Shown here piece by piece: positions 1 through 12,813 of a DNA stretch of 64,000 bases (position 1 is its first letter; every line of letters starts with the position of its first letter). Where the stretch lies: NCBI GenBank assembly GCA_002269645.1, contig NIVC01000517.1:337043-401042 (forward strand), read 5' to 3'. Origin of the DNA: Macrostomum lignano (taxonomy: Eukaryota). A model generated the notes under the pieces. It was not told where the DNA came from. It saw only the letters and a program-made list of their open reading frames with translations, and made no database searches. The translations under genes and the position numbers were made by a program.

Positions 1-218
<218 letters not shown>

Positions 219-241
219 TATAGGCCTACAAAAACCTTTAC

Positions 242-1847
242 CTTTAAAGTACAGTGCATTGCACAGCAGCAAACGAGTCGAGGTACCAATTGAACCCATC
301 TTTAAGAGTTCCGTGATCTTGTCTTTAGTAGCGGTTGCTACCCTATTGTTGATACGAACGCGCTCAGTTTCTGGGTCACCACTGAAGTTAGCCTGGTGCA
401 AAATTGAAAGTAAATATAAAATGAATGTATTGACTAAACTAAATACTAAAATAGCATTGGATTGTCTGATGAGATTCTAGAGATTATAGATAATTTTATT
501 GCGTGACGTGCTCATTGGGATTTTTGAAGTCAAATTTTTAAAAACCATTTTTCAGTAACTCACTTTGTAAATCCACGAATTGAATTTGTAGTACACGGTG
601 GAGAGGTAATGCGATTTCACCTTCATATCAGCTTCAATGAAAATCTTGTTTACTGACTTAAGGCTGTCGCTGGATACAGAGTGCAACATCCGGCCCAGAC
701 TCAATTCCAGCTGGGCCAGCGACTCCGCACTCAGCGGCTTCTGTCCGGGCTCGGACAGGCGCATCCCGGACACCAGCTGGTCCAGCGTCTGCTTCCGGGC
801 ACCGGGCAGAATCATGCTGAGCGTGGCGAATATCGAGATGGGCGACAGCAGGAAGTTCCGGCCTGGATTGGGATTTGTGTAATTTAGAATGGGGATTTGT
901 GTGATTGGGATTGGGGTTTGTGTGATTGGGATGGGGTGTTGTGTGATTGGTATGGGGATTTGTGTGATTAGGATGGGGAGTGGTGTGATTAGGATGGGGA
1001 TTAGTGTGATTGGGATGGGGATTTGTGTGATTGGGATGGGGATTTGTGTGATCGAGATGGGAATTTGTGTGATTAGGATGGGGATTTGTGTGATTGGAAT
1101 GGGGATTTGTGTGATTGGGATGGGGATTTGTGTGATTGGGGGTTTGTGTGATTGGGATGGGGATTTGTCTGATTGGGATGGGGATTTGTGTGATCGAGAT
1201 GGGAATCTGTGTGATTAGGATGGGGATTTGTGTGATTGGAATGGGGATTTGTGTGATTGGGATGGGGATTTGTGTGATTGGGGGTTTGTGTGATTGGGAT
1301 GGGGATTTGTGTGATCGAGATGGGAATTTGTGTGATTAGGATGGGGATTTGTTTGATTAGAATGGGGATTTGTGTGATTAGAATGGGGATTTGTGTGATT
1401 GGTATGGGGATTTGCGTTTGCGTGATTGGAATGGGGATTTGTGTGATTAGGATTGGGATTTGTGTGATTGGAATGGGGATTTGTGTGATTGGGATGGGAA
1501 TTTGTGTGATTAGGGGTTTGTGTGATTGGTATGGGAATTTGTGTGATTAGGGGTTTGTGTGATTGGTATGGGAATTTGTGTGATTGGAATGGGATTTGCG
1601 TGATTGGAATGGGGATTTGTGTGATTAGGGGTTTGTGTGATTGGTATGGGGATTTGTGTGATTGGGATGGGGATTTGTGATTGGGATGGGATTCAAATGA
1701 CATTATAATGACCAACTACTTTACAACAAAGACTGACTCACCAGGATTAGCCTGAGCATAGGCAGAGTGCAAGCTCAGTGCAAATGTATTGTGAGCATAG
1801 ATTGGCTCTATCAGGCCACCAGACTGCAATGCAGCAGCTCTAGCCAT
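242..1847 (-). CDS. Serpin A' (partial; exons 1-3, gene continues off the left edge)
   Basis: Exons 1847-1742, 862-564 and 392-242 with GT-AG boundaries in compatible phases. Encodes [44 protein letters not shown] and [19 protein letters not shown], which are serpin N-terminal motifs. Near-identical reverse complement of 7325-8384. Confidence 0.9.
866..1691. repeat. ~21-bp minisatellite (GGGATTTGTGTGATTGGGATG), intron 1 of serpin A'
   Basis: Tandem variant units; reverse complement of the arrays at 7482-7760 and 10729-11140. Confidence 0.95.
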
Positions 1848-2458
1848 GCTTCAGTAAATATACTTGTAGTACTTGATACTCTTGTCTAGACTGGAAATTA
1901 ATTTTGTTTAAATGGTTGGATGGAAATTGTTTTTCCACAGAATTATATTCATAAGGTTATAACAATTACATTACAAATATAAAAATGAAGAGAACTTGCC
2001 AACTGATTGGAGCGCAGTTGAAGGTTTCGGCTTTCTTGCTGGGCTGTAGCAGTTCTGTCAGAAGCAGTCAAATAATTATGGCTATACGCATCTTCGGTAC
2101 TGGGGGTTTTATAGCTAATTTCTAATTATGTCTGACGTCACCTTCGCGGAAAAGTTGCAACGTGACAAAATTTAATTGCGAGCATATTATGTCATCTTTT
2201 TTATACGACATTTAGCGTCTGCCTAAACTGTCCGATTGACCTGCTTCGTGGGTCCCAAACAGTGGTCCAAGCCAGTTTTTCTATTATCGATCGCATAGAC
2301 AGAGAGACAGACAGCGCAACCTTAGAGGAATTTAGTTAGAGGAAGAAGTAATTAGAGGTAAACCCCTCGAACTTCTCAAGAACAGAACTGTATTAAGATT
2401 ATTGCAGATAATAATTTTACTGAGCCAATAGTTTAAAGGCTTCTCCACGTCAGTCAGT

Positions 2459-3309
2459 GCCCCAGATGCATTGAGCCCCAGATGCATTGAGCCCCAGATG
2501 CATTGAGCCCCAGATGCATTGAGCCCCAGATGCATTGAGCCCCAGATGCATTGAGCCCCAGATGCATTGAGCCCCAGATGCATTGAGCCCCAGATGCATT
2601 GAGCCCCAGATGCATTGAGCCCCAGATGCATTGAGCCCCAGATGCATTGAGCCCCAGATGCATTGAGCCCCAGATGCATTGAGCCCCAGATGCATTGAGC
2701 CCCAGATGCATTGAGCCCCAGATGCATTGAGCCCCAGATGCATTGAGCCCCAGATGCATTGAGCCCCAGATGCATTGAGCCCCAGATGCATTGAGCCCCA
2801 GATGCATTGAGCCCCAGATGCATTGAGCCCCAGATGCATTGAGCCCCAGATGCATTGAGCCCCAGATGCATTGAGCCCCAGATGCATTGAGCCCCAGATG
2901 CATTGAGCCCCAGATGCATTGAGCCCCAGATGCATTGAGCCCCAGATGCATTGAGCCCCAGATGCATTGAGCCCCAGATGCATTGAGCCCCAGATGCATT
3001 GAGCCCCAGATGCATTGAGCCCCAGATGCATTGAGCCCCAGATGCATTGAGCCCCAGATGCATTGAGCCCCAGATGCATTGAGCCCCAGATGCATTGAGC
3101 CCCAGATGCATTGAGCCCCAGATGCATTGAGCCCCAGATGCATTGAGCCCCAGATGCATTGAGCCCCAGATGCATTGAGCCCCAGATGCATTGAGCCCCA
3201 GATGCATTGAGCCCCAGATGCATTGAGCCCCAGATGCATTGAGCCCCAGATGCATTGAGCCCCAGATGCATTGAGCCCCAGATGCATTGAGCCCCAGATG
3301 CATTGAGCC
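2459..3309. repeat. Perfect 16-bp tandem array (GAGCCCCAGATGCATT)n, ~53 copies
   Basis: No variant units noticed; each unit contains the palindrome ATGCAT. Confidence 0.98.
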
Positions 3310-3889
3310 ATGGATGCTTCAAACGAAAAATAAGCTTGACCTTTGCAAAAAAGTATGCTTTTTCTGATATTTAATCCCTTTCGCATCGAGAAATTTAGCC
3401 ATTTCTCTGATCGAATCGTGCAAATTCATTCGCGAGTCCTATACACTTGTCCAAGCAAGTCTGTTATACCCTTATTTTATGTCTTACATGACGCTTTTTT
3501 ACAGTGGTTTAACATGATGCCGCTCATAGAAGAGGCTACATGGAAGACTTCCCCTGTGAGCCCTGACATCTCAGCCATTCCCCATCAGCAGTTCCTCCCG
3601 TGAGTCGAAAACTGAAGCTTTTATTTCAACTTAATTTACATGTACACATCACGAAAACATTGAATAGGTTTTCCGGCCATTTGCAACTCATTAGAATAGA
3701 AAAATTCACACATTCAGTCTCGAGCACCCTTGGGGGAATGGTGGAAATATTTTAGCATCAGCTCGAGAATTGAACTTTAGTCTCTTGCTATAGACGTGTT
3801 GAGCTCTCACTGCGAGAAAAATACATATGAAGCATACGGTAAGAACAGTTTTTTTACCTTTCTACTCCCTTGAACATGTACCGTCACGG

Positions 3890-4075
3890 AAAAATTTCTG
3901 ATCGAACGGTGCAAGTTTGGCAGAAATCGGTTGAGCCGTTTTTTCTACTATCGATCGCACAGACAGGCAGAGACAGCGCAACTTTAGTTGCAGAGAAGAG
4001 TAGCAATTTAACCCCCCCCCCCTACAGTAATGAGATGTAACCCTCTCGAACTACTCAAGAACAGAACGATCGAAA
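3890..4075 (+). mobile_element. HINE/DINE-1-like non-autonomous element end; related pieces at ~2270-2395 and, inverted, at ~47190-47310
   Basis: Motif CAAGTTTGG..AATCGGTTGAGCCGTTT..TATCGATCGCA followed by a CAGA microsatellite. The TATCGATCGCA-CAGA part recurs at ~2285; the reverse complement AAACCGCTCAACCAATTACACCAAACTT lies at ~47267 next to (TGTC)n. Superfamily assigned by recalled resemblance only. Confidence 0.4.
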
Positions 4076-4109
4076 TCTCAGCGACCCCCCTGTGAGTTTT
4101 GACATCTCA

Positions 4110-5745
4110 GCAATACCCCGCCGGAACGGGCCCTACAAGGTGAGCAGCAGGACGTCCTGAATAGGTTGGGGGCAGTAGCCCTCGGCCCGGATCACGTGGC
4201 CTGCCAGCTGAAGTCGCCGCCGGCGCAGGATGATGGACGGGCGCTGCAGCTTGGCCCCATCCTACAGGGCCTCGGTCCTGACGCTCTCGTCAGCTGGAAC
4301 GACTAAATGGAGCAGCCCTGAGTGCGCTGAGTCCAGCTGCCGCTCCAGCCTAGCCATCACGTCCACGTATCTGCGTAGCCAAGCACGCTCAGGCGCTTTT
4401 CGCTGTGGCGGCGATCGATGCGTCTGCGCAGCAGGAAGCCGTCGTCAGCCGAGGGGAGTGCGGTCCGAAGTACCCAGTCCAGCAGCAGCACGAAGAGGAA
4501 CGGCGCTAGCGTTTCGCTCTACAGCGAAATGACAGCGTCGATTAGCTGCTGCGGCCCCGGTAGGCTCGAAGGACAAAGGAAAGCGCGGCTCTCAACACCG
4601 AGTCAAACGCATTTTGAAAGTCAACGAAGACAATGATCAGTAAAGACTGGCGGATGCGCGCCTCCTCGACACGGCGGAGTGCGAGGATCTGTGTCACTGT
4701 ACCGCGTTGCGGCCGGAGTCCGTTCTGCTCGCACCGCAAGTTCGGGTCCAGAACCGACTGCCGGCGATCGAGCAGCAGCCGGTTGAACAGCTTCGCGATG
4801 CAGGAGATCAGCGAGATTCCGCGATGGTCTTCTTACCGCGTTGTCTATACCTTCTTCGGGATCGGCACGATGTGCGCGATGTTCCACTCGGTGGGCGCGG
4901 GGGCGCCGGCGAGCACGCGGTTCATGACGCCTGTAACCTGGGAGGGGCTGGTGACTGGGCTGGTGCAGAAGTCCTCCTCAACTGGAGCGCCGTGTCCAGT
5001 GAGAGCGCAAAATTAGCGGGCAGCGGCGACGCGAGCGCGTTCACGATTCCGCGGGGAAGAATTCGCGCAATTCATTACCGCGCTCCTCCGGGGTGTCGCC
5101 AGGTTCCAGGGCCAGGTTCAGCGCCACGCTTTTTGCAACCCGTCAGAGTCCGGAGGGCCGTCCACACTGCGCGGCTCTTCACGTCTGGGCCGGCTGAAGT
5201 GATGGAACGGACGGCATCGTCGACAACAGCCAGCTGCCGCTCATCTTAAAGGACTCAAGCGCGTCTTCAGCGTCGCCGGTGAGCCGCCGGTTTCTGCGGA
5301 GTGGCTCGATGTTGAGCCCAGCCTGCCTACAATTGTCGGATCGCTGTGCTAGACGGGCAGCGATTTCTGCGCCGGCCGCATCAGCGGGACCGTCTGTTCC
5401 GCAGCGGCTCTAACGGCGGTGCTGATGTCGATCGAAATATTCCGCCTCGCGCAGGTCTCCAAGCGCGCCGACGAAGGTGCCCGCGAATTGACGCTTCACG
5501 CGGGTGTCCAACAGAGCGCGATAGTAGCGCCGTGGCCGCTGCTTTGGCGATCTGTAGAGCTGGTCGTGGAGCGGCAAGTCGCAGAACAGGGTCGATGGTC
5601 TGGCCTGAGAGCCAGTGGAGCCATGGTGTCGCATGTTGTTAACGCGGCGGCGCTCGAGAGTGCGAACCAGCGCATGATCGATTTGCGCCAGTCTCAGCTC
5701 CTGGCGTTTCGCCCGCCTGACGCTTTATCTTGCAGCCCGCGCAAT
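4110..5745 (-). mobile_element. Decayed non-LTR retrotransposon (RTE-like) reverse transcriptase remnant
   Basis: Minus-strand translations give WNIAHIVPIPKK, HRGISLISCIAKLFNRLLL, EQNGLRP, FVDFQNAFDSV, TLAPFLFVLLLDWVLR, LGYAD and RRRLQLAGHVIR. In-frame stops are present and the QGD box is deleted. Confidence 0.85.
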
Positions 5746-7324
5746 TAAAGGTGACGAGATGCACACACTAACTTTTAGCATTTCACTCGAACCTGCGCAA
5801 AATCTAAATCATATAGACTTGCTTGCGTCCACTCCAACATACTCCAAGTTGCTTACATTTCCGCACATCCCATGATGTACAAGATTAAGTAACATGTATG
5901 TGCTAGCTCTTGCTCGTATTGCACAGGAATTATAGTATTTTGTGGCTTACCTAATAGTTGTCTCATCAATCACACGATTGTAACTAATAATCTTATTAGC
6001 TCGAATTTAATCGAAAAACCTCCTTCGGTTGAGCTTCAAGAGCAACTTGAAGCTGTTCCTCTGCGCATGGGTCGACCCATGAAAGTAGACTAAGTAAGTA
6101 GTATAGTATAGTTATGCAAGTATCTGTCTGTCCTCTTTTAAATACTTTTAGAGACACTGGTTGGCATTAAAAACACTACAGCATTCCTTTTAATCTAAAT
6201 ATTTTGACATTGTGCTCGGAAAAACTGAATTGATGCTTTTTGTTGTACAATTCGTCTAAGCGAAATTGAAAATATCAATCTTTTAATTTTCGATTTCTAG
6301 GAACTCCGACGATAAAAATGTTTTAATCTACACGTATTCCAAACTTAGACTTTGAGTGGCATGCTAATTGACAATTGTAGAAATTTTTCTTCAGTCATAC
6401 AGTTTGTAATGTAATTTTTTGTTGATTCATTTGTTACTCAATTTTAGTCCAAGTGCAATACAATCATTTCGTGCACAATTAACTTTTTAAATAGACATGC
6501 ACGAAGCATTTGAACGCAGTGATCGGCACGTGAACAAAAACTGCGTGCTTTCTATTGACTATTGAAATCGCATCAGATTTTCCATCGCTCAATTAGCGGA
6601 TTTTATCCTGGGCTTATGCTTCCACTGGCATTAGGCAGGAGCAAATTGATATTGCATAACTGAAGTGAAGTCAGTATCATTTAAATTTGTTAAGCCATGA
6701 TGTCATTGTCACTTTATAATTTAAGGCCTAATATTATATCTTATGTAATCAGTTTCTTCCATTCTTGTTATAAATAAAACCAGAGTGTTTCTTTTTATTT
6801 GGCCAAAATTTAATTCCAGTCATTTGAATTTTTGCTCAAGTCTCTCATTGAAAGCAATAATATATACAATAAAATAGAATTCAAGCTAGCCTTAAGGTTC
6901 TTCACTATGTAAGTATTCCTAAAAGTTTTTGTTTTGTTATTTTTTGTTAAACCATATCAAAAGGCCTAGATATCATCAATATTAGTCAAAGTTTTAAAGC
7001 TTAACTTAATATTATAATGATGATAATAATAACAAACATCTTATTACAACATCTTTTACTTATAGAATAAAATATAAATACAAAATACCTATATAAAAGG
7101 CATAGTAGAGGCATAGTAGGACTTTATAGAAACATAGTATTATATGCTTGTAAACTAGACAAGTTCAATGTCTATCTATAATAAATCCAAATCTCATAGG
7201 CTAGAATCAATTCAAAATAAATATAGTGATATGTTTGATCTAGTACAATTTTATTTAATTAATTTCTAATTTCATTTCTAGACTAGACAAGAGTATCAAG
7301 TACTACAAGTATATTTACTGAAGC

Positions 7325-8500
7325 ATGGCTAGAGCTGTTGCATTGCAATCTGGTGGCCTGATAGAGCCAATCTATGCTCACAATACATTTGCACTGAGCT
7401 TGCACTCTGCCTATGCTCAGGTTAATCCTGGTGAGTCAGTCTTTGTTGTAAAGTAGTTGGTCATTATAATGTCATTTGAACCCCATCCCAATCACACAAA
7501 TCCCCATCCCAATCACACAAATCCCCATCCCAATCACACAAATCCCCATCCCAATCACACAAATCCCCATTTTAATCACACAAATTCCCATCTCGATCAC
7601 ACAAATCCCCATCCCAATCACACAAATCCCCATCCCAATCACACTAATCCCCATCCTAATCACACCACTCCCCATCCCAATCACACAAATCCCCATACCA
7701 ATTACACAACACCCCATCCCAATCACACAAACCCCAATCCCAATCACACAAATCCCAATCCAGGCCGGAACTTCTTGCTGTCGCCCATCTCGATATTCGC
7801 CACGCTCAGCATGATTCTGCCCGGCGCCCGGAAGCAGACGCTGGACCAGCTGGTGTCCGGGATGCGCCTGTCCGAGCCCGGACAGAAGCCGCTGAGTGCG
7901 GAGTCGCTGGCCCAGCTGGAATTGAGTCTGGGCCGGATGTTGCACTCTGTATCCAGCGACAGCCTTAAGTCAGTAAACAAGATTTTCATTGAAGCTGATA
8001 TGAAGGTGAAATCGCATTACCTCTCCACCGTGTACTACAAATTCAATTCGTGGATTTACAAAGTGAGTTACTGTAAAATGGTTTTTAAATATTTGACTTC
8101 AAAAATCCCAATGAGCACGTCACGCAATAAAATTATCTATAATCTCTAGAATCTCATCAGACAATCCAATGCTATTTTAGTATTTAGTTTAGTCAATACA
8201 TTCATTTTATATTTACTTTTAATTTTGCACCAGGCTAACTTCAGTGGTGACCCAGAAACTGAGCGCGTTCGTATCAACAATAGGGTAGCAACCGCTACTA
8301 AAGACAAGATCACGGAACTCTTAAAGATGGGTTCAATTGGTACCTCGACTCGTTTGCTGCTGTGCAATGCACTGTACTTTAAAGGTAAAGGTTTTTGTAG
8401 GCCTATAGGCAGACAGGCAGGCAGACAGACAGACAGACAGAAAGACAGACACACAGACAGACAGACAGACAGACAGACAGGCAGACAGACAGACACATAC

Positions 8501-8579
<79 letters not shown>

Positions 8580-8678
8580 CACAGAGACACAGACAGACAG
8601 ACAGACAGACAGAGAGACAGACAGAGAGACAGACAGAGAGACAGAGAGAGAGACAGACAGACAGACACGCAAACAGAC

Positions 8679-8729
<51 letters not shown>

Positions 8730-8742
8730 CACAGATAGACAC

Positions 8743-8801
<59 letters not shown>

Positions 8802-9789
8802 GGCAGGCAGGCAGACAGACAGACAGACACACAGACAGACAGACACTCAGACAGACACTCAGACAGACATCTCCAACACCCGCAGCCAAGTGGACTCAGC
8901 CATTCGATCCCGAAGCCACAATTGACGCTCGATTCGAACTCAGCGCCTCAGCCGCCGTCTCCGTTCCGACGATGCGCAGAACTGGCCAGGTGCGACTTCT
9001 GTCCATCCCAGATGTGCTGACTGGCGTACGCCTCGGCTTCAACGACACCAAGGACCAGCGGCTGTCGCTGATTGCGCTGCTGCCAGCTCAGCGGCATCAA
9101 CTGGACGAGATTCTGGCGAAGCTGACGGTGCAGGACTGGGCGCGGCTGGTCGGCGACCCCGGCGAGCTGGTGGAGGCCGAGCTGGAGCTGCCGAAGGTAA
9201 GTAGCACTGCACTTGCTTGATGTACATGCTTGATGTAGATGCGTGATGTACATGCCTTATGTACATGCGTGATGTACATGCTTGATGTACATGCTCGATG
9301 TACATGCTCGATGTACATGCTCGATGTACATACTTGATGTACATGCTTGATGTGGCTGTGTTATGGCATGTGACATCAGCCTACTCACATAGTAGTCAGA
9401 GTCGCCCATAACCCGCCAATTGAACATCTCGCACCCAGATGAAGCTGAGCAACTTCGCTGAGCTCTCCAATGACGCCTACCTGCCCAAGCTGGGCATCGA
9501 CCGCCTGTTCTCCGACCGCGCTGACCTCAGCGGCATCTCCTCCTCACCTGGTGACCTGTTTGTCAGCAGCTTTGCTCACCAAGCCGCTATCGAGTGGGAC
9601 GAGTTCGGAGCGGAAGGCGCCGCGGCAACCGCCGCCGGTGTTTCAGTTACCGGGGCTTTCGATCAGCCGATATCGATCAAGTTCGACCAGCCGTTCATTT
9701 TTGGAGTCGTTCGCGAAGTTGTCGACGAGGACGGCCAGTCGCGTCATGTGCCGATTTTCCTTGGCCGGGTGACCGACCCCAGGGCTTAG
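7325..9789 (+). CDS. Serpin A (5 exons, ~405 aa, no obvious signal peptide)
   Basis: Exons 7325-7430, 7764-8062, 8234-8384, 8886-9196 and 9439-9789; phases compatible, total 1218 nt. Motifs [20 protein letters not shown], hinge [19 protein letters not shown] and FLGRVTDP. Confidence 0.93.
7482..7760. repeat. ~21-bp G-free minisatellite (CCCCATCCCAATCACACAAAT), serpin A intron 1
   Basis: Runs directly into the acceptor CCAATCCAG at 7755-7763. Confidence 0.95.
8408..8869. repeat. (CAGA)n microsatellite, serpin A intron 3
   Basis: Direct inspection. Confidence 0.97.
9217..9352. repeat. 13-bp repeat (TGATGTACATGCT), serpin A intron 4
   Basis: About 10 degenerate copies with an ATGTACAT palindromic core. 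Confidence 0.9.
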
Positions 9790-9902
9790 GCTGGCTGACG
9801 GCTGGCTTTTGGGGTTCAGAGAGGCATTCAAGACTGTTGTTAGGGGCCTGTCAACAAAGCGGTTGCTATGTAGCTTAATACTGTCGCTAATAAAATCTAG
9901 GT

Positions 9903-10078
9903 TGGTTGCTAGGGCATAAATGAGAGCAGCTCAGCTGGTTGCTAGGGTAAAATGAGAGCAGCTCAGCTGGTTGCTAGGGCATAAATGAAAGCAGCTCAGC
10001 TGGTTGCTGGGGCATAAATGAGAGCAGCTCAGCTGGTTGCTAGGGCATAAATGAGAGCAGCTCAGCTGGTTGCTAGGT
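9903..10078. repeat. 33-bp repeat (GCTGGTTGCTAGGGCATAAATGAGAGCAGCTCA) x~5, downstream of the serpin A stop
   Basis: Direct inspection. Confidence 0.9.
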
Positions 10079-10623
10079 TCATGCCGGTTATAACTAATGC
10101 TACACAGTACGGTTGCTAAGGTCTAATTCAAAGAAATTGATGTTGCTATGGTTCTTTGTAGTGCATACCGACTCCAGCTTGATGCCACTGAGCTATTAAT
10201 AATAGTTATATATCGTCACTTCACTATATGTCTTTTTTATAGGCTGCTCTGCAATCAAAATGCACTTTTTATCAGGGTTTTTTTGCAAATCAAGTTTTAT
10301 GCGCTTTCAAGGAAGTTCTTATGCGTTTTATGTGCTTTCATTATATACTCTTATTGGTTTTTAGTTATCTTTTTATAGGTTTAAAACATGTTTAACTGAT
10401 AAACATTACTTTGAATAATCATAAATGATCACTTCACGCTCTTCGGTTTTCTAATTACCTTTAAGTTTTTTCAAGAAGTTAGGCAGTGTCAGCCGGTCAG
10501 AGAGGGGTTGCAGTGACCCACTGAAGAATCAGGGAAGGGTGACGGCACCTAATAAAAGATCAACTCCTGTGTAATAAACATTTTTCTTTAATTTTCAGCC
10601 CTTTGATTTAATTTTCTGCTACA

Positions 10624-12084
10624 ATGGATCCACTTAACGCGCATAATGCCTTCGCATTGGATCTCTACAGGGCGATTTCCGAAGCTAACACGGGTGAATG
10701 CCTGATAATATGGTCTTATGATATGGAATAAATCCCCATCCCAATTACACAAATCCACATCCCAATCACACAAATCCCCATCCCAATCACACAAATACCC
10801 ATCTCAATAACACAAATCCCCATCCCAATCACACTAATCCCCATCTCAATAACACAAATCCCCATACCAATCACACTAATCCCCATGTCAATCACACAAA
10901 CCCCCATCTCAATAACACAAATCCCCATCCCAATCACACTAATCCCCATCTCAATAACACAAATCCCCATACCAATCACACTAATCCCCATGTCAATCAC
11001 ACAAACCCCCATCCCAATCACACAAAACCCCATACCAATCACACAAATCCCTATCCCAATCACACTAATCCCCATTCTAAATCACACAAATCCCCATCCC
11101 AATCACACAAACCCCAATCCCAATCACACAAATCCCAATCCAGGCCGGAACTTCCTGCTGTCGCCCATCTCGATATTCGCCACGCTCAGCATGATTCTGC
11201 CCGGCGCCCGGAAGCAGACGCTGGACCAGCTGGTGTCCGGGATGCGCCTGTCCGAGTCCGGACAGAAGCCGCTGAGTGCGGAGTCGCTGGCCCAGCTGGA
11301 ATCGAGTCTGGGCCGGATGCTGAGCTCGGCCATTCCAGCCGGCAATGCCGCCTCATCATCGAAGCTGAGCAGCAGCCTGCAGTCGGCCAACCGGGCCTTC
11401 ATTCAGGCGGGGATGGAGGTGCGGCGGGACTTTCTGACGGCGCTGCGGTCCAGCTTCAGGTCGGAGATTCTCAGCGTGAGTTCGCAGCTGTTTAAATTAT
11501 GACTGCAGGGAATCGCGTACTTTAGACAGGGGTGTACAGCAGAGGGTGCAGACAAAGGTGTACAGCAGAGGGTTCAGACAGGGTAGTACAGCAGGGGTTC
11601 AGACAGGGGTTTACAGCAGGGGTTCAGACAGGGGTGTACAGCAAGGGTTCAGACAGGGGTGTACAGCAAGGGTTTAGACAAGGGTGTACATCAAGGGTTT
11701 AGACAGTGTTGTACAGCAAGGGTTTAGACAGGGATGTACAACAAGAGTTCAGACAGGGGTGTACAGCAAGGGTTCAGACAGTGGTGTACAGCAGGGTTCA
11801 GACAGGGATGTACAGCAGGGGTTCAGACCGGAAGACAAACACCAATATGGTCTGTGTGTTACTCGATTCCAATATTTTTGAACGGCAGATAAACCGTTTC
11901 TAATTAAATGTTTATTCTGCATTTTTAGGCCGAATTTGCCAAAGACTCCGAGGCTGAACGCGTCCGCATTAATAATTGGGTAGCAACGGTTACTAAAGAC
12001 AAGATCCCTGAGCTATTGAAGTCTGGCTCTGTTGATCCGCTGACTCGACTGGTGCTGGTCAACGCTTTGTACTTTAAAGGTACC

Positions 12085-12123
<39 letters not shown>

Positions 12124-12315
12124 GGACAGACTGACTGACTGACTGACTGACTGACTGACTGACTGACTGGCTGACTGACTGACTGACTGACTGACTGACT
12201 GACTGACTGACTGACTGACTGACTGACTGACTGACTGACTGACTGACTGACACAGACAGACACACAGACAGACAGGCAGACAGACAGGCAGACAGACAAA
12301 CAGACAGACAGACAC

Positions 12316-12402
<87 letters not shown>

Positions 12403-12775
12403 GGCAGGCAGACAGACAGGCACACAGACAGACCGGCAGACAGACAGACACATAGACAGGCACACAGACAGACAGGCAAACAGACAGACAGACACAGACA
12501 CACAGACAGACACACAGACACACAGACAGACACACAGACGGACACACAGGCAGACACACAGACAGGCAGACAGACACATAGACAGACACAGACGGACACA
12601 CAGGCAGACACACAGACAGGCAGACAGACACACAGACAGACAGACACAGACGGACACACAGGCAGACACACAGACAGGCAGACAGACAGACACACAGACA
12701 GACAGACAGACAGACAGACACAGACACACAGACAGACAGACACACAGACACTCAGACAGACACACAGACAAACAC

Positions 12776-12813
<38 letters not shown>

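Noticed and set aside
2332-3386. Three ~300-aa minus-strand ORFs (LNASGAQCIWGSMHLG repeats)
   Set aside because: A 16-bp unit lacking stops opens all frames; no unique coding flanks or splice context.
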